A stretch of 61,859 bases of DNA, the filler included. It is 4 parts of 4 records of this genome, joined end to end, with 100 filler letters (N's around TTAATTAATTAA, not from the genome) between each part and the next. Parts side by side here need not be neighbours in the genome. Positions count along the whole stretch, not along the records: positions 35,980 to 53,062 come from DRR723986_2352; positions 53,163 to 61,859 come from DRR723986_2362; 2 more parts are not named here. One strand, written 5' to 3'. Of this stretch, positions 48,803 through 58,714 are shown one piece after another; the first letter of the stretch is position 1; each line of letters starts with the position of its first letter. Both the position numbers and the translations under genes were made by a program. The notes under the pieces were generated by a model. It was not told the origin of the DNA. It searched no databases and saw nothing but the letters and a program-made list of their open reading frames with translations.

Positions 48803-49810
48803 TTAACCGATGCTGACCCAGCCATCCTTTTCGGCCGACGCGAAGATAGCGTCGAGGATCTTCATGTTCTGGACGGCATCTTCCGCACCATACGGAAGTG
48901 GCGCTTCACCGGTGATCGCCCGGCCAAACACGTCCGCCAGTTCGGCATATTGATCGCAAGGCGCGATGATATCCGACTGCATCGCCGCATCGCCGAGCAG
49001 CGAGCCATCGTCAAGCCGGATCTGAACAGCTTCGCCCTGCGGCGCGTTGAACGGGATGACGATTTCCAGCCGCTTCTTCGTACCGACCAGATGAATGCGC
49101 TGATAAGGCGTCAGCTGCGTCGAGACGGTGAAGTTGAGATGCCGGTTATTGCCGAAGTCGAGCAGGGCACTGGTCATGCGGTCAGTGCCGAAGGCGGGAT
49201 CCCGGTCGATCAGCGAAACGACCCGCTGAGGTTCGGCATCGAAGAAATACCGGCCGGCCAGCATCGTGTAGCAACCGATGTCGAGCAGCGCACCCCCGCC
49301 GATATCCGCCTTGTTGCGGATGTTGCCCGGGTCATCGTTGTAGTAGCTGAAGAAGGTCTGGATCGCTTTCAGCTCCCCCAGATCGCCGGACCGCACGATC
49401 TCGCGCGCCTTGATCCACTGCGGGTGGGCCCGAACCATGAAGCCTTCGGCAACCAGCTTGTCCTTCGGCAACTCCAGAAGCTGCTTTGCCTCTTCGGCAT
49501 TCAGCGCGACCGGCTTTTCGCAAAGCACGTGCTTGCCCGCATTCACCGCCTGGATCGTCACGGGCACATGCATGTGGTTGGGCAGCGGATTGTAGATCGC
49601 GTCGATCTCCGGATCTGCGAGCAGCTCCTCGTATGATCCGTAGGCCTTCTCGATGCCGAGACCCTTCGCTGCTTCCTTTGCCCGGTCGAGATCTCGCGAA
49701 GCAATCGCATAGGCGGTGCCGGTCTTCGACCGCTGGATGCCCGGAATGACCTTATCAAGACCGATTTTCGCGGTCGAAACGATCCCCCACCTGATAGTCT
49801 TTTCCGTCAT
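48803..49810 (-). CDS. Gfo/Idh/MocA-family oxidoreductase
   Basis: IRWGIVSTAKIG, YNPLPNHMH, HVLCEKP, GGALLDIGCY. Confidence 0.93.
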   Translation of the reverse strand: MTEKTIRWGIVSTAKIGLDKVIPGIQRSKTGTAYAIASRDLDRAKEAAKGLGIEKAYGSYEELLADPEIDAIYNPLPNHMHVPVTIQAVNAGKHVLCEKPVALNAEEAKQLLELPKDKLVAEGFMVRAHPQWIKAREIVRSGDLGELKAIQTFFSYYNDDPGNIRNKADIGGGALLDIGCYTMLAGRYFFDAEPQRVVSLIDRDPAFGTDRMTSALLDFGNNRHLNFTVSTQLTPYQRIHLVGTKKRLEIVIPFNAPQGEAVQIRLDDGSLLGDAAMQSDIIAPCDQYAELADVFGRAITGEAPLPYGAEDAVQNMKILDAIFASAEKDGWVSIG

Positions 49811-49970
49811 GCCGGCATCCTTCCCATGATTTTGAGGTACGCACGCCAGATGACATAAAACGATTTAACTCCGCAAGGGCAGAAAGGCCGGAGAAAGGCC
49901 TGCTCGCTGGTGAAAAGCTGATTTGAATCCGGCCTCATCGGCTGGACGCGGGCGGCAGTCACACCAACAT

Positions 49971-50003
49971 CGCCCCCCGGACAAGCGTAGCGGAGATCCG
50001 GGG
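49971..50003 (+). repeat. REP-like palindromic element (copy 2)
   Basis: CGCCCCCCGGACAAGCGTAGCGGAGATCCGGGG with a CCCCGGA/TCCGGGG stem; matches the element at 35980-36009. Confidence 0.65.
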
Positions 50004-50073
50004 AGACATCGGAGGTCTTTCGCCGTGATTTCACACAGCAGCGCCGCGCCCGTGAAGGGAGCACTGCCCCGGC

Positions 50074-50982
50074 TCAGAATTTCTCCGGCACGTAGAGATG
50101 TTCCGGCAGGACCTTGCGCTCATAATCGGAATTGTAGACCCGTTCCGGCAGCTTGATCGGGTCGTGCGGGATATCTTCGTAAGGGATCATCGACAGGAGG
50201 TGGCTGATGCAGTTGAGGCGCGCCTGCTTCTTGTCGTTGCCTTCCACGATGAACCAGGGTGCTTCGGGAATATTGGTCCGCTCGAAGGTTTCTTCCTTGG
50301 CCTTGGTGTAATCCTCCCAGCGCACGCGGGATTCCAGATCCATCGGCGACAGTTTCCACTGCTTCAGCGGATCGTGGATGCGCATCAGGAAGCGCAGCTG
50401 CTGTTCTTCATCCGTGATGGAGAACCAGTATTTGATCAGCCGCACGCCGGAGCGCACGATCATGCGCTCGAATTCCGGCACATCGTGGAAGAACTCCTCC
50501 ACCTGGCTATCGCTGGCAAAGCCCATGACGCGCTCGACGCCGGAGCGGTTGTACCAGGAGCGGTCGAACAGCACCATTTCGCCGGCGGCCGGCAGATGCG
50601 GCACGTAGCGCTGGAAGTACCACTGGGTCTTTTCACGGTCGGTTGGTGCCGGCAGCGCCACGACACGGGCGACACGCGGATTGAGCCTTTGTGCGATGCG
50701 CTTGATGACCCCGCCCTTGCCGGCAGCGTCGCGCCCCTCGAAGATGATCACGATCTTCTCACCGGTATGCTGCACCCAGTCCTGCAGCTTCACCAGTTCG
50801 GCCTGCAGACGCAGCAGCTCATGGAAATAGGTGTTCCGGTCGATGGTCGACTTGTGCTTCTTCGCGGAGATGAAGGCGAGATCCTTGGCGACGAGAAAAT
50901 CGTCGATCTCCATTTCCAGCTCTTCGTCCAGGCTGTCTGCCCATTCCGCTTCAACCCAGGTTTTTGCACTTTCTTCGGTCAT
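50074..50982 (-). CDS. ppk2: Polyphosphate kinase 2 (class I)
   Basis: FEGRDAAGKGG, WYFQRY, FDRSWYNR, WKLSPMD. Confidence 0.96.
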   Translation of the reverse strand: MTEESAKTWVEAEWADSLDEELEMEIDDFLVAKDLAFISAKKHKSTIDRNTYFHELLRLQAELVKLQDWVQHTGEKIVIIFEGRDAAGKGGVIKRIAQRLNPRVARVVALPAPTDREKTQWYFQRYVPHLPAAGEMVLFDRSWYNRSGVERVMGFASDSQVEEFFHDVPEFERMIVRSGVRLIKYWFSITDEEQQLRFLMRIHDPLKQWKLSPMDLESRVRWEDYTKAKEETFERTNIPEAPWFIVEGNDKKQARLNCISHLLSMIPYEDIPHDPIKLPERVYNSDYERKVLPEHLYVPEKF

Positions 50983-51159
50983 CAATCGGTTCCTTTGAAA
51001 TACATCCCGGAGGTACGCCCAGGTTCGTCAGCGCATTCAACCGGACGCAGAATGCCCAAGGACTGTGAACAGGTTATCCATGAAAGTTTTTTGACAGTCG
51101 CGCCTGTTCCCCTGTCATTCTTTCTAGCAGCAACGCTTTCGCACTCAAATTACCCTTGC

Positions 51160-51179
51160 AAATGAACGAACGTTCATTT
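51160..51179. promoter_or_regulatory. Palindromic TetR-type operator
   Basis: AAATGAACG-AA-CGTTCATTT, a perfect 9-bp inverted repeat 25 nt upstream of the TetR gene. Confidence 0.75.
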
Positions 51180-51204
51180 ATTTTTTGCGATAGGGAGAAC
51201 CAAG

Positions 51205-51846
51205 ATGGCAAGTGCAGCCGCAAGACCGCAAAGCCGATCCAGAACGGGCGCGAAAGGCCAGGAGACTGCCGCACGTGTGCGCAAGGCAGCCCTGAAACGA
51301 TTTGCCGCCAACGGTTATGCCGCTGTCTCCATGCGCGAAATCGCCGCCGATGTCGGCGTTCAGCCAGGCGCGCTCTACAACCATTTTCCGACCAAGCAGG
51401 ACATCCTGAAGGACCTAATGCTCGCCCACATGGGCGAACTCCTTGCTGCCTGGGACGAAGCGGCTTTTCCGGCTGACATGGACCCGCTGGAGCGTTTTGT
51501 CCGCTTTCACATCCGCTATCACCTGGAACGGGCGGACGAGGTGTTCATTTCCTACATGGAACTGCGCAATCTCGAACCGGACAACTTCGACATCGTCGAA
51601 GCGGAGCGCCGTCGCTACGAGGGCATCCTGACGGGTATTCTGGAAACCGGCTCCGCTGAAGGTCGCTACAGCGTACGCGAACCGAGGGTCGCCACCCGCG
51701 CGATCATCGCCATGCTGACTGGCATTCCGAGCTGGTACCGCCAAGGCGGCCGCCTGTCGAAACTGGATATCGAAGAGATTTACCTGGACCTGGCGCGCAA
51801 GGCCGTTGCGCCGGGGAACCAACATATTCCGGCCCCTCAGGCGTGA
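51205..51846 (+). CDS. TetR/AcrR-family transcriptional regulator
   Basis: FAANGYAAVSMREIAADVGVQPGALYNHFPTKQDIL; KstR2/PaaR-like C-terminus (WYRQGG). Confidence 0.93.
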   Translation: MASAAARPQSRSRTGAKGQETAARVRKAALKRFAANGYAAVSMREIAADVGVQPGALYNHFPTKQDILKDLMLAHMGELLAAWDEAAFPADMDPLERFVRFHIRYHLERADEVFISYMELRNLEPDNFDIVEAERRRYEGILTGILETGSAEGRYSVREPRVATRAIIAMLTGIPSWYRQGGRLSKLDIEEIYLDLARKAVAPGNQHIPAPQA

Positions 51847-51921
51847 AACCGGACGCGTGGGGAGCAAGCAACTGAACTCAATCGACCGTCCACAAGGTTG
51901 ATCCAAGGGAGACCGGGTGAC

Positions 51922-53062
51922 ATGAGCATCCTGAAATCGAGCCTATCGCCGAGAAGCGAACAGTTTGCAGCAAACCGCGCCGCCCACGAAGCGGCCATGG
52001 ACACCGTCAAGGCAGCAGCCCAGACAGCCCTGGACGGTGGTGGCGAGACCGCCCGACAGCGTCATGTGTCCCGCGGCAAGATCCTGCCGCGCGAACGCGT
52101 CTCCCGCTTGCTCGATCCCGGCTCACCCTTCCTGGAAGTCGGCATGCTGGCCGCCCACGAGATGTACGAGGGCGCGGCTCCTGCCGCCGGCATGATCGCG
52201 GGCATCGGCCGGGTTGAAGGCCGCGAGGTGATGATCCTCGCCAATGACGCCACCGTCAAAGGCGGCACCTATTATCCGATGTCGGTCAAGAAACACCTGC
52301 GCGCCCAGGAAATTGCCTCGGAAAACAATCTGCCCTGCATCTATCTGGTCGACAGCGGCGGCGCCAACCTGCCCAACCAGGACGAGGTCTTCCCGGACCG
52401 CGACCACTTTGGCCGCATCTTCTTCAACCAGGCCAACATGTCGGCAAAAGGTATCGCCCAGATCGCGGTCGTCATGGGTTCCTGCACAGCGGGCGGTGCC
52501 TATGTGCCGGCCATGTCGGACGAGACCATCATCGTCAAGAACCAGGGCACCATCTTCCTGGCCGGCCCGCCTCTGGTGAAGGCCGCCACCGGCGAGGAAG
52601 TATCTGCGGAAGATCTCGGCGGCGGCGATGTCCACACGCGCCTGTCCGGTGTTGCCGATCATCTTGCCCGCGACGATGCCCACGCACTGGCGCTCGCCCG
52701 CCGCGCCATCGCCAGCCTCAACCGCACAAAGACGCCATCCGTCGCGCTGCAGACCCCGGAAGACCCGCTCTACGATCCGGACGAAATCCTCGGCGTCGTT
52801 CCGGCCGATCTGAAAACGCCCTACGACATCCGCGAAGTGATCGCCCGCACCGTCGACGGATCGCGCTTCGATGAATTCAAGGCCCGCTACGGCACCACAC
52901 TGGTCTGCGGCTTCGCCCATATCCATGGCATGCCGGTCGGCATTATCGCCAACAACGGCGTTCTGTTTTCCGAAAGCGCGGTGAAAGGGGCCCACTTCGT
53001 CGAGCTCTGCTCCCAGCGCAAGGTTCCACTGGTGTTCCTGCAGAACATCACCGGCTTCATGG
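51922..53062 (+). CDS. mccB: Methylcrotonyl-CoA carboxylase beta (carboxyltransferase) subunit, 3'-truncated
   Basis: [56 protein letters not shown]. Confidence 0.88.
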
Positions 53063-53162
53063 NNNNNNNNNNNNNNNNNNNNNNNNNNNNNNNNNNNNNN
53101 NNNNNNTTAATTAATTAANNNNNNNNNNNNNNNNNNNNNNNNNNNNNNNNNNNNNNNNNNNN
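53063..53162. other. Artificial contig linker
   Basis: N44-TTAATTAATTAA-N44. Confidence 0.98.
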
Positions 53163-53225
53163 GCTGGATAGAGCATCCGCCTTCTAAGCGGACGGTCGCA
53201 GGTTCGAATCCTGCCGGGGTCGCCA
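53163..53225 (+). tRNA. tRNA-Arg(TCT), 5'-truncated
   Basis: D loop GCTGGATAGAGC, anticodon arm TCCGC-CTTCTAA-GCGGA (TCT at 53183-53185), T arm GGTTCGAATCC, encoded CCA. Confidence 0.92.
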
Positions 53226-53275
53226 GCTGCCTGACTTTCGCCAAGGCAAACCAGCGCTCCGGACAGGTCTTCCTT

Positions 53276-56200
53276 CTACTCCGCGGGTGTTGAAGCCGGC
53301 TGGTCCAGAAGCAGTATGCCGTCCAGCTCTTCCTGTTCTGCTTTCAAACGCTTCGCCACATCGCTCGGAGATCCGGAGCCGCGCGCGATCAGCGCGTAGG
53401 CCGTGGGCACGATCAGCACGGTCACCAGCATGCCAGCGAGGACGCCGGACAGGATCACCACGCCGATCGCCTGGCGCGTCTCGGCCCCTGCCCCGCTGGT
53501 CAGGATCAGTGGCACCGCGCCGGCTGCTGTTGTCAGGCTGGTCATCACGATGGGCCTGAGACGCGTCAGGGACGCTTCCTTCAGCGCTTCAAGGAACTCC
53601 ATCCCCTGATCGCGCAGCTGGTTTGCGAACTCCACGATCAGGATGCCGTTCTTCGCCGACAGGCCGACCAGCATGATCAAACCGATCTGCGTGTAGATGT
53701 TCAGCGAATTGCCCGTCAGGTATATGCCCAGCAGGCCGCCCGCCAATGTCGCCGGAACGGTCAGCATGATGATGATCGGGTGGCGGTAGCTCTCGAACTG
53801 CGCCGCCAGGACCAGGAACACGATGATCATGCCGATGGCGAAGACGAACAGGATGGAACTGCCCGAACTCTTGAAGTCCAGCGACTGGCCCTTGAAGTCG
53901 ATCTGCGCCTCGGCCGGCAGCACATCGCGGGCGATGCGCTCCATCTCCAGCAGCACATTGCCGAGCGACGCCCCGTCCTCCAGCCCCGCCTCGATTGTGA
54001 TGGAGCGGACGCGGTTGTAGCGGTTCAGCTGCGGACTGTCGGCAATCCCGACGATCTGCACAAGGCTGGACAGCGGAATCAGGCTGCCGGACGTCGAGGA
54101 GCGCACATAGATGTTCTGCACATCATTGGGTGAATTTTGCTCCGAGCGCAGCCCCTCCAGGATGACGTCATATTCCTCGCCATTGTCGACATAGGTCGTC
54201 ACCCGGCGAGAGCCGAGCATGGTCTGCAATGTGTTGCCGATGTCGGCCACCGTGACGCCCAGGTCTGCCGCACGGTTATAATCGATCTGCACACGGTATT
54301 GCGGCTGGGTCTCCTTATAGTTCCAGTCGATGTCGACAAGGCCGGGATTGTTCTCTCTCAGCGCCTGCACGAAAATGTCCCGCCACTCGGTCAATTGCTG
54401 GTAGTCCGGACCGCCAAGCACGAACTGAACGGGTTTCCCGCTGCCTCCGCCGAGGCCCTGGCGCATGATGGCAAAGGCGCGAATCCCCGGCAAATCGCTG
54501 AGTTTCCGGTTGATCTCGCCGATGATTTCATCTGCGGGGCGGCGTTCGCCCCATTCGGCAAGGGAGACAACAACGAAAGCCTGATTGAACGCATTGCTGC
54601 CAAAGCCCGGCGCCCGCACCAGAACGCGTCTTAGTTCAGCATCTTCGCCTTCCGTATAAGGCAGCAGCCGGCGTTCGATCTCGTCGACATACTGTTTCAT
54701 ATAGTCAAACGAGGCCCCTTCCGGACCGCGGACCATGACGAAGAAACTGCCGCGGTCTTCGCGCGGCACATATTCCTGCGGCACGGTACGCAGCAGGCTG
54801 TAAGCGCCAGCGAACAGGGCCACCAGGACAAGGCCCACAGCAATCGGGCGCTTGATCAGCTGGTTCAGCAGCACAGCATAGCCGCCGCGAAGCTTCTTGA
54901 ACCCGCCATCGATGATCTTCGGCAGAATGGAGAACACGCCGCGCGGCGGCGTCGGAGAGAGAAGCTTCGACGCCAGCATGGGCGTCAGCGTCAGCGCCAG
55001 AATGGCCGAGAAGGACACAGCCGCCGCAATCGCCAGCGCAAACTCCGTAAACAGACGGCCAAGGTCGCCTTCAAGGAAGGTGATCGGTACAAACACGGCG
55101 ATCAGGACCAGTGTCGTCGCAACAACGGCAAAGCCGACCTGACGCGTCCCCCGGAAGGCCGCGACGAGCGGCGTCTCGCCATACTCTTCCATCCGGCGGT
55201 GGATGTTCTCCAGCACCACGATGGCATCATCCACAACCAGGCCGATGGCCAGAACAAGTGCCAGCAGGGTCAGCAAATTCACCGAGAAGCCAAGCGCAAA
55301 CAGGACAATGAATGTCGCCGTGATCGAGACCGGCACCGTAATCGCCGGCACGATGGTCGAGCGCAAACTGCCAAGGAACAGGAAGATCACCAGCGTCACG
55401 AGAGCAACGGCAATAGCCAGCGTCACCCAGACTTCCCGGATCGACGCACTGATGAAGACCGAGCTGTCATAATTGACGACAATCGTCATGCCGTCCGGCA
55501 GCGTGCCGTTCAGCTGTTCTGCGAGCGCCCGGGCCTCTTCAGCGACGGATACCGTATTCGCTGTCGACTGTTTGACAACGCCAAGCCCGACCTGCGGCAC
55601 GCCATTCCCGCGGAACAGGTTCCGATCTTCCTGTGTGCCACGCTCGACCCGCGCCACATCCCCCAGCCGGATGAGGTAACCATCTGTCCCCCGTCCGATG
55701 ACGAGGTTCGCAAACTCGTCGGGCGTCCGGAATGCCCGGTCGATTCGGACGGTGTAGTTCCGTGCGCCGGACTCGACGCTGCCAGCCGGGGCTTCGACAT
55801 TTTCCCGCCTCAGGGCATTCTCGATATCGGCAACCGTCAGGTTCCGCGCGGCCAGGGACCGGCGGTCGATCCAGACCCGCAGGGCATAGGAGCGGTCCCC
55901 GCCGACCCGGACGCGTGCCACGCCATCCAGCGCCGAGAAGCGATCGACGAGGTAGCGGTCGGCATAGTCCGACAGTTCCGGCGTCGTCATGTTGTCACTG
56001 GCCAGGTTCAGCCACATGATGACGTCTTCGTTGTTGTCGGCCTTCTGGATTTCCGGCGGATCGGCTTCGGTCGGCAGATTGTTCAGAACCGTCGAGACCC
56101 GGTCACGGATGTCGTTCGCCGCTGCATCGATGTCCACATTCACAGAAAACTCGACGCTGATGCTGGACCGGCCGTCCGTGGAGTTTGAGTCGATAAACCG

Positions 56201-56431
56201 GATGCCGGACACGCCGGCAATCTGGTCCTCGATGATGCGGGTGATGCGCGTTTCGACAACGTCAGCAGACGCGCCGGGATAATTGGTCTGGATGTTGACG
56301 ATCGGCGCGTCGATGTCCGGATATTCGCGCAGCGGCAGCCGCATGAAGGACACGATGCCGAAAATGACGAGGACGAGCGAAAGGACCGATGCAAATACCG
56401 GCCGCTTGATGGAAACGTCTGACAGCAGCAT
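53276..56431 (-). CDS. RND efflux transporter permease (AcrB/AcrD/AcrF family)
   Basis: IKRPVFA, LPLREYPDID, GLVVDDAIVVLENI, KNGILIVEFAN, RLRPIVMT; 1051 aa. Confidence 0.95.
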   Translation of the reverse strand: MLLSDVSIKRPVFASVLSLVLVIFGIVSFMRLPLREYPDIDAPIVNIQTNYPGASADVVETRITRIIEDQIAGVSGIRFIDSNSTDGRSSISVEFSVNVDIDAAANDIRDRVSTVLNNLPTEADPPEIQKADNNEDVIMWLNLASDNMTTPELSDYADRYLVDRFSALDGVARVRVGGDRSYALRVWIDRRSLAARNLTVADIENALRRENVEAPAGSVESGARNYTVRIDRAFRTPDEFANLVIGRGTDGYLIRLGDVARVERGTQEDRNLFRGNGVPQVGLGVVKQSTANTVSVAEEARALAEQLNGTLPDGMTIVVNYDSSVFISASIREVWVTLAIAVALVTLVIFLFLGSLRSTIVPAITVPVSITATFIVLFALGFSVNLLTLLALVLAIGLVVDDAIVVLENIHRRMEEYGETPLVAAFRGTRQVGFAVVATTLVLIAVFVPITFLEGDLGRLFTEFALAIAAAVSFSAILALTLTPMLASKLLSPTPPRGVFSILPKIIDGGFKKLRGGYAVLLNQLIKRPIAVGLVLVALFAGAYSLLRTVPQEYVPREDRGSFFVMVRGPEGASFDYMKQYVDEIERRLLPYTEGEDAELRRVLVRAPGFGSNAFNQAFVVVSLAEWGERRPADEIIGEINRKLSDLPGIRAFAIMRQGLGGGSGKPVQFVLGGPDYQQLTEWRDIFVQALRENNPGLVDIDWNYKETQPQYRVQIDYNRAADLGVTVADIGNTLQTMLGSRRVTTYVDNGEEYDVILEGLRSEQNSPNDVQNIYVRSSTSGSLIPLSSLVQIVGIADSPQLNRYNRVRSITIEAGLEDGASLGNVLLEMERIARDVLPAEAQIDFKGQSLDFKSSGSSILFVFAIGMIIVFLVLAAQFESYRHPIIIMLTVPATLAGGLLGIYLTGNSLNIYTQIGLIMLVGLSAKNGILIVEFANQLRDQGMEFLEALKEASLTRLRPIVMTSLTTAAGAVPLILTSGAGAETRQAIGVVILSGVLAGMLVTVLIVPTAYALIARGSGSPSDVAKRLKAEQEELDGILLLDQPASTPAE

Positions 56432-56436
56432 CGCGC

Positions 56437-57543
56437 TTACCGGCCGTTGGAGGCGCCAGGCGAGGCCATGCCACCACCTGTCTGCAGCACGGTGCGGTCA
56501 CGCACGACAATCGGGGCGCCATCGCGTACACGGATCAGGCCGTCGGTGATGATCTCCTCGCCCGGCTCCAGTCCGGCAATGACTTCCACCTGGCCGCCCT
56601 GGCGCAGGCCGACCTGGATCTGCCGGCGTTCTGCCACCAGCTGGCCGTTCTTGTCGGTCGCAACATAGACGAAACTGTTCGGTCCGATCGGCTCGATCGC
56701 CTCTTCCGGCACAGAGAGCGCGCGGCGCGGATCGGCCAGCAGCGTCACTTTCATGAACATGCCCGGTTTCAGCAGACGGTCCGGGTTCGGCAGGATGGCA
56801 CGCACGCGGATGGAGCGGGTGACCGGATCAATGCTGGCGCCAACCGTATCGACAGTCCCATCGAAGGACATGCCCGGCAGGTCGTCGGTCTCGACGCGCA
56901 CATCCGTTCCCTTGCGCACCGAGCGCAGGAAGATGGACGGCACGGAGAAATCGAGCTTCATCTCGCTGTCGTCGATCAGTTCGGCCACCACATCGCCAGC
57001 GCGGACATAGGAGCCGACGCTGACAAGCCGGAACCCGAGGACACCATCAAAGGGGGCAACCAGGACGCGGTCTTTCTGGCGGGACTGCACGGCGCGCAGC
57101 TGCGCATTGGCAGCATTCAGGTCGCGCTGGGCCTCGTCGAGGACGGATTGGGACACGGTGCGTCCCTCGACCAGCTGCTTGGTCCGCTCATAGTGCTGGC
57201 GCGCTTCATTGGCGGTCGCCTCGGCGGCATCTACCAGCGCGGCCTGTTCGCCCTGGGCGAGGGAGAGCAGCGTCTTGCCCTTGGTTACCCGGTCACCATC
57301 GTCGAAATAGATGGCGGTCACGCGGTCGGCGACGTTGAGGGTCAGGTCAACGCTTTCACGGGCTTCCAGCGTACCTAGGGCTTCGATCTGCATTGAGAAT
57401 TCGGCTTCCTGCACGGGCGCAGTGAAGACGCTGGCAGCGCCCGGTCCGCGCTGGGCTTGCGCCGGCAAGGTACCAGCCGTGAAAATCACGGCCAGCGCAG
57501 CTGCCAGGGCCGCGTGCCAGTGTCCGAAAATCCGGGTTTTCAT
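56437..57543 (-). CDS. RND periplasmic adaptor (membrane fusion protein)
   Basis: Lipoyl halves (FDDGDRVTKG, APFDGVLG), IDPVTRS, LKPGMF, GLEPGEEII. Confidence 0.93.
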   Translation of the reverse strand: MKTRIFGHWHAALAAALAVIFTAGTLPAQAQRGPGAASVFTAPVQEAEFSMQIEALGTLEARESVDLTLNVADRVTAIYFDDGDRVTKGKTLLSLAQGEQAALVDAAEATANEARQHYERTKQLVEGRTVSQSVLDEAQRDLNAANAQLRAVQSRQKDRVLVAPFDGVLGFRLVSVGSYVRAGDVVAELIDDSEMKLDFSVPSIFLRSVRKGTDVRVETDDLPGMSFDGTVDTVGASIDPVTRSIRVRAILPNPDRLLKPGMFMKVTLLADPRRALSVPEEAIEPIGPNSFVYVATDKNGQLVAERRQIQVGLRQGGQVEVIAGLEPGEEIITDGLIRVRDGAPIVVRDRTVLQTGGGMASPGASNGR

Positions 57544-57812
57544 TTCTACTCAATCCTGTCCGGCAGAATAAACCACCTGTCCATATCCGTTCGGGCCGGC
57601 CATGCATTGCACAACCAGCCTCCAAATCGCCCGTATCAGCAAAGATAGTCCAAAGTGACCAAAGTCCATACGCGTATTGTTGCAGCTGCACACTTTTTCG
57701 TGAAATTGCGGAATTTACGGATTCAAAATTCTCTTAAAGGTTGCAGATGAACCCTTCTGTAATCTTATACGGGCAAGTAGTTGCTTTGGACGTGTTACTT
57801 TAGGAGGAATCG

Positions 57813-58709
57813 ATGCTGGGCGGGATCGAAGCGGGTGGCACAAAAATCGTTTGTGCTGTCGGGAGCAGTCCTGACCAGATTTTGGCCAGTCAGGTCGTTC
57901 CGACGGCAGAGCCGGCGGCCAACTTCCAGCAGGTGTGCGCCTTTTTCGACAAGGCCCAGGCCTTGCATGGAAAAATCGACGCCATCGGCGTGGCCGCCTT
58001 CGGCCCGATAGACATCGATCCCGGTTCCCCCACCTACGGCACAGTGCAGCGTACACCCAAGCCCGGCTGGGCCGGCGCAAACTGGGTGGACGGGCTGGGC
58101 CGCCTGCCCTGCCCGGTAACGGTCGATACGGACGTCAACGGCGCAGCGCTCGGCGAATGGCGACTCGGCGCCGGCAAGGGGTTCACTACCCTTGCCTATG
58201 TCACCGTTGGGACTGGCATTGGCGCAGGTGTCCTGAAGAACGGCCGTTCCCTCTCCGGCGCGGGCCATTTCGAGATGGGCCACATCTATCCCCCGCACGA
58301 CTATGAATCAGACCCGTTCCCCGGCCGCTGCCCGTTCCACAAGGATTGCCTGGAAGGCCTCGCCAGCGGACCGGCGATCACTGACCGCTGGGGCATCAGC
58401 TTGTCGGAATTGCCGGCCGGCCACCAGGCCTTCGCCCTGCAGGCGGGCTATCTCGCCCACCTCGCCGCAACGATCATCCTGACCCACATGCCGGACCGGA
58501 TCATCTTCGGCGGCAGCGTGATGAAAGCGCCGGGCCTGATGGAGCGCCTGCGCGCCGCCACCCGCATCCTTTTGGCGGAGTACCTGTACGGTGGCCCGGC
58601 GGGCGGTGACCTTGTCGACTATCTTGTGCCCCCGGCCCTTGGCGACCAGTCCGGCGTCACCGGCGCCCTGGCCATCGCGGAGGCGCGCGCCGCCCATGCG
58701 ACGCACTGA
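57813..58709 (+). CDS. ROK-family sugar kinase (fructokinase-like)
   Basis: GIEAGGTK, TPKPGW, DTDVNGAA, TVGTGIG, EMGH, zinc motif CPFHKDCLEG. Confidence 0.92.
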   Translation: MLGGIEAGGTKIVCAVGSSPDQILASQVVPTAEPAANFQQVCAFFDKAQALHGKIDAIGVAAFGPIDIDPGSPTYGTVQRTPKPGWAGANWVDGLGRLPCPVTVDTDVNGAALGEWRLGAGKGFTTLAYVTVGTGIGAGVLKNGRSLSGAGHFEMGHIYPPHDYESDPFPGRCPFHKDCLEGLASGPAITDRWGISLSELPAGHQAFALQAGYLAHLAATIILTHMPDRIIFGGSVMKAPGLMERLRAATRILLAEYLYGGPAGGDLVDYLVPPALGDQSGVTGALAIAEARAAHATH

Positions 58710-58714
58710 GGCAC

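Noticed and set aside
48590-51165. 348-aa and 355-aa plus-strand ORFs
   Set aside because: Antisense to the well-supported Gfo/Idh/MocA and ppk2 genes
57640-57664. Three CAAAG repeats upstream of the RND adaptor gene
   Set aside because: Short and unevenly spaced (11 and 9 bp); compatible with chance
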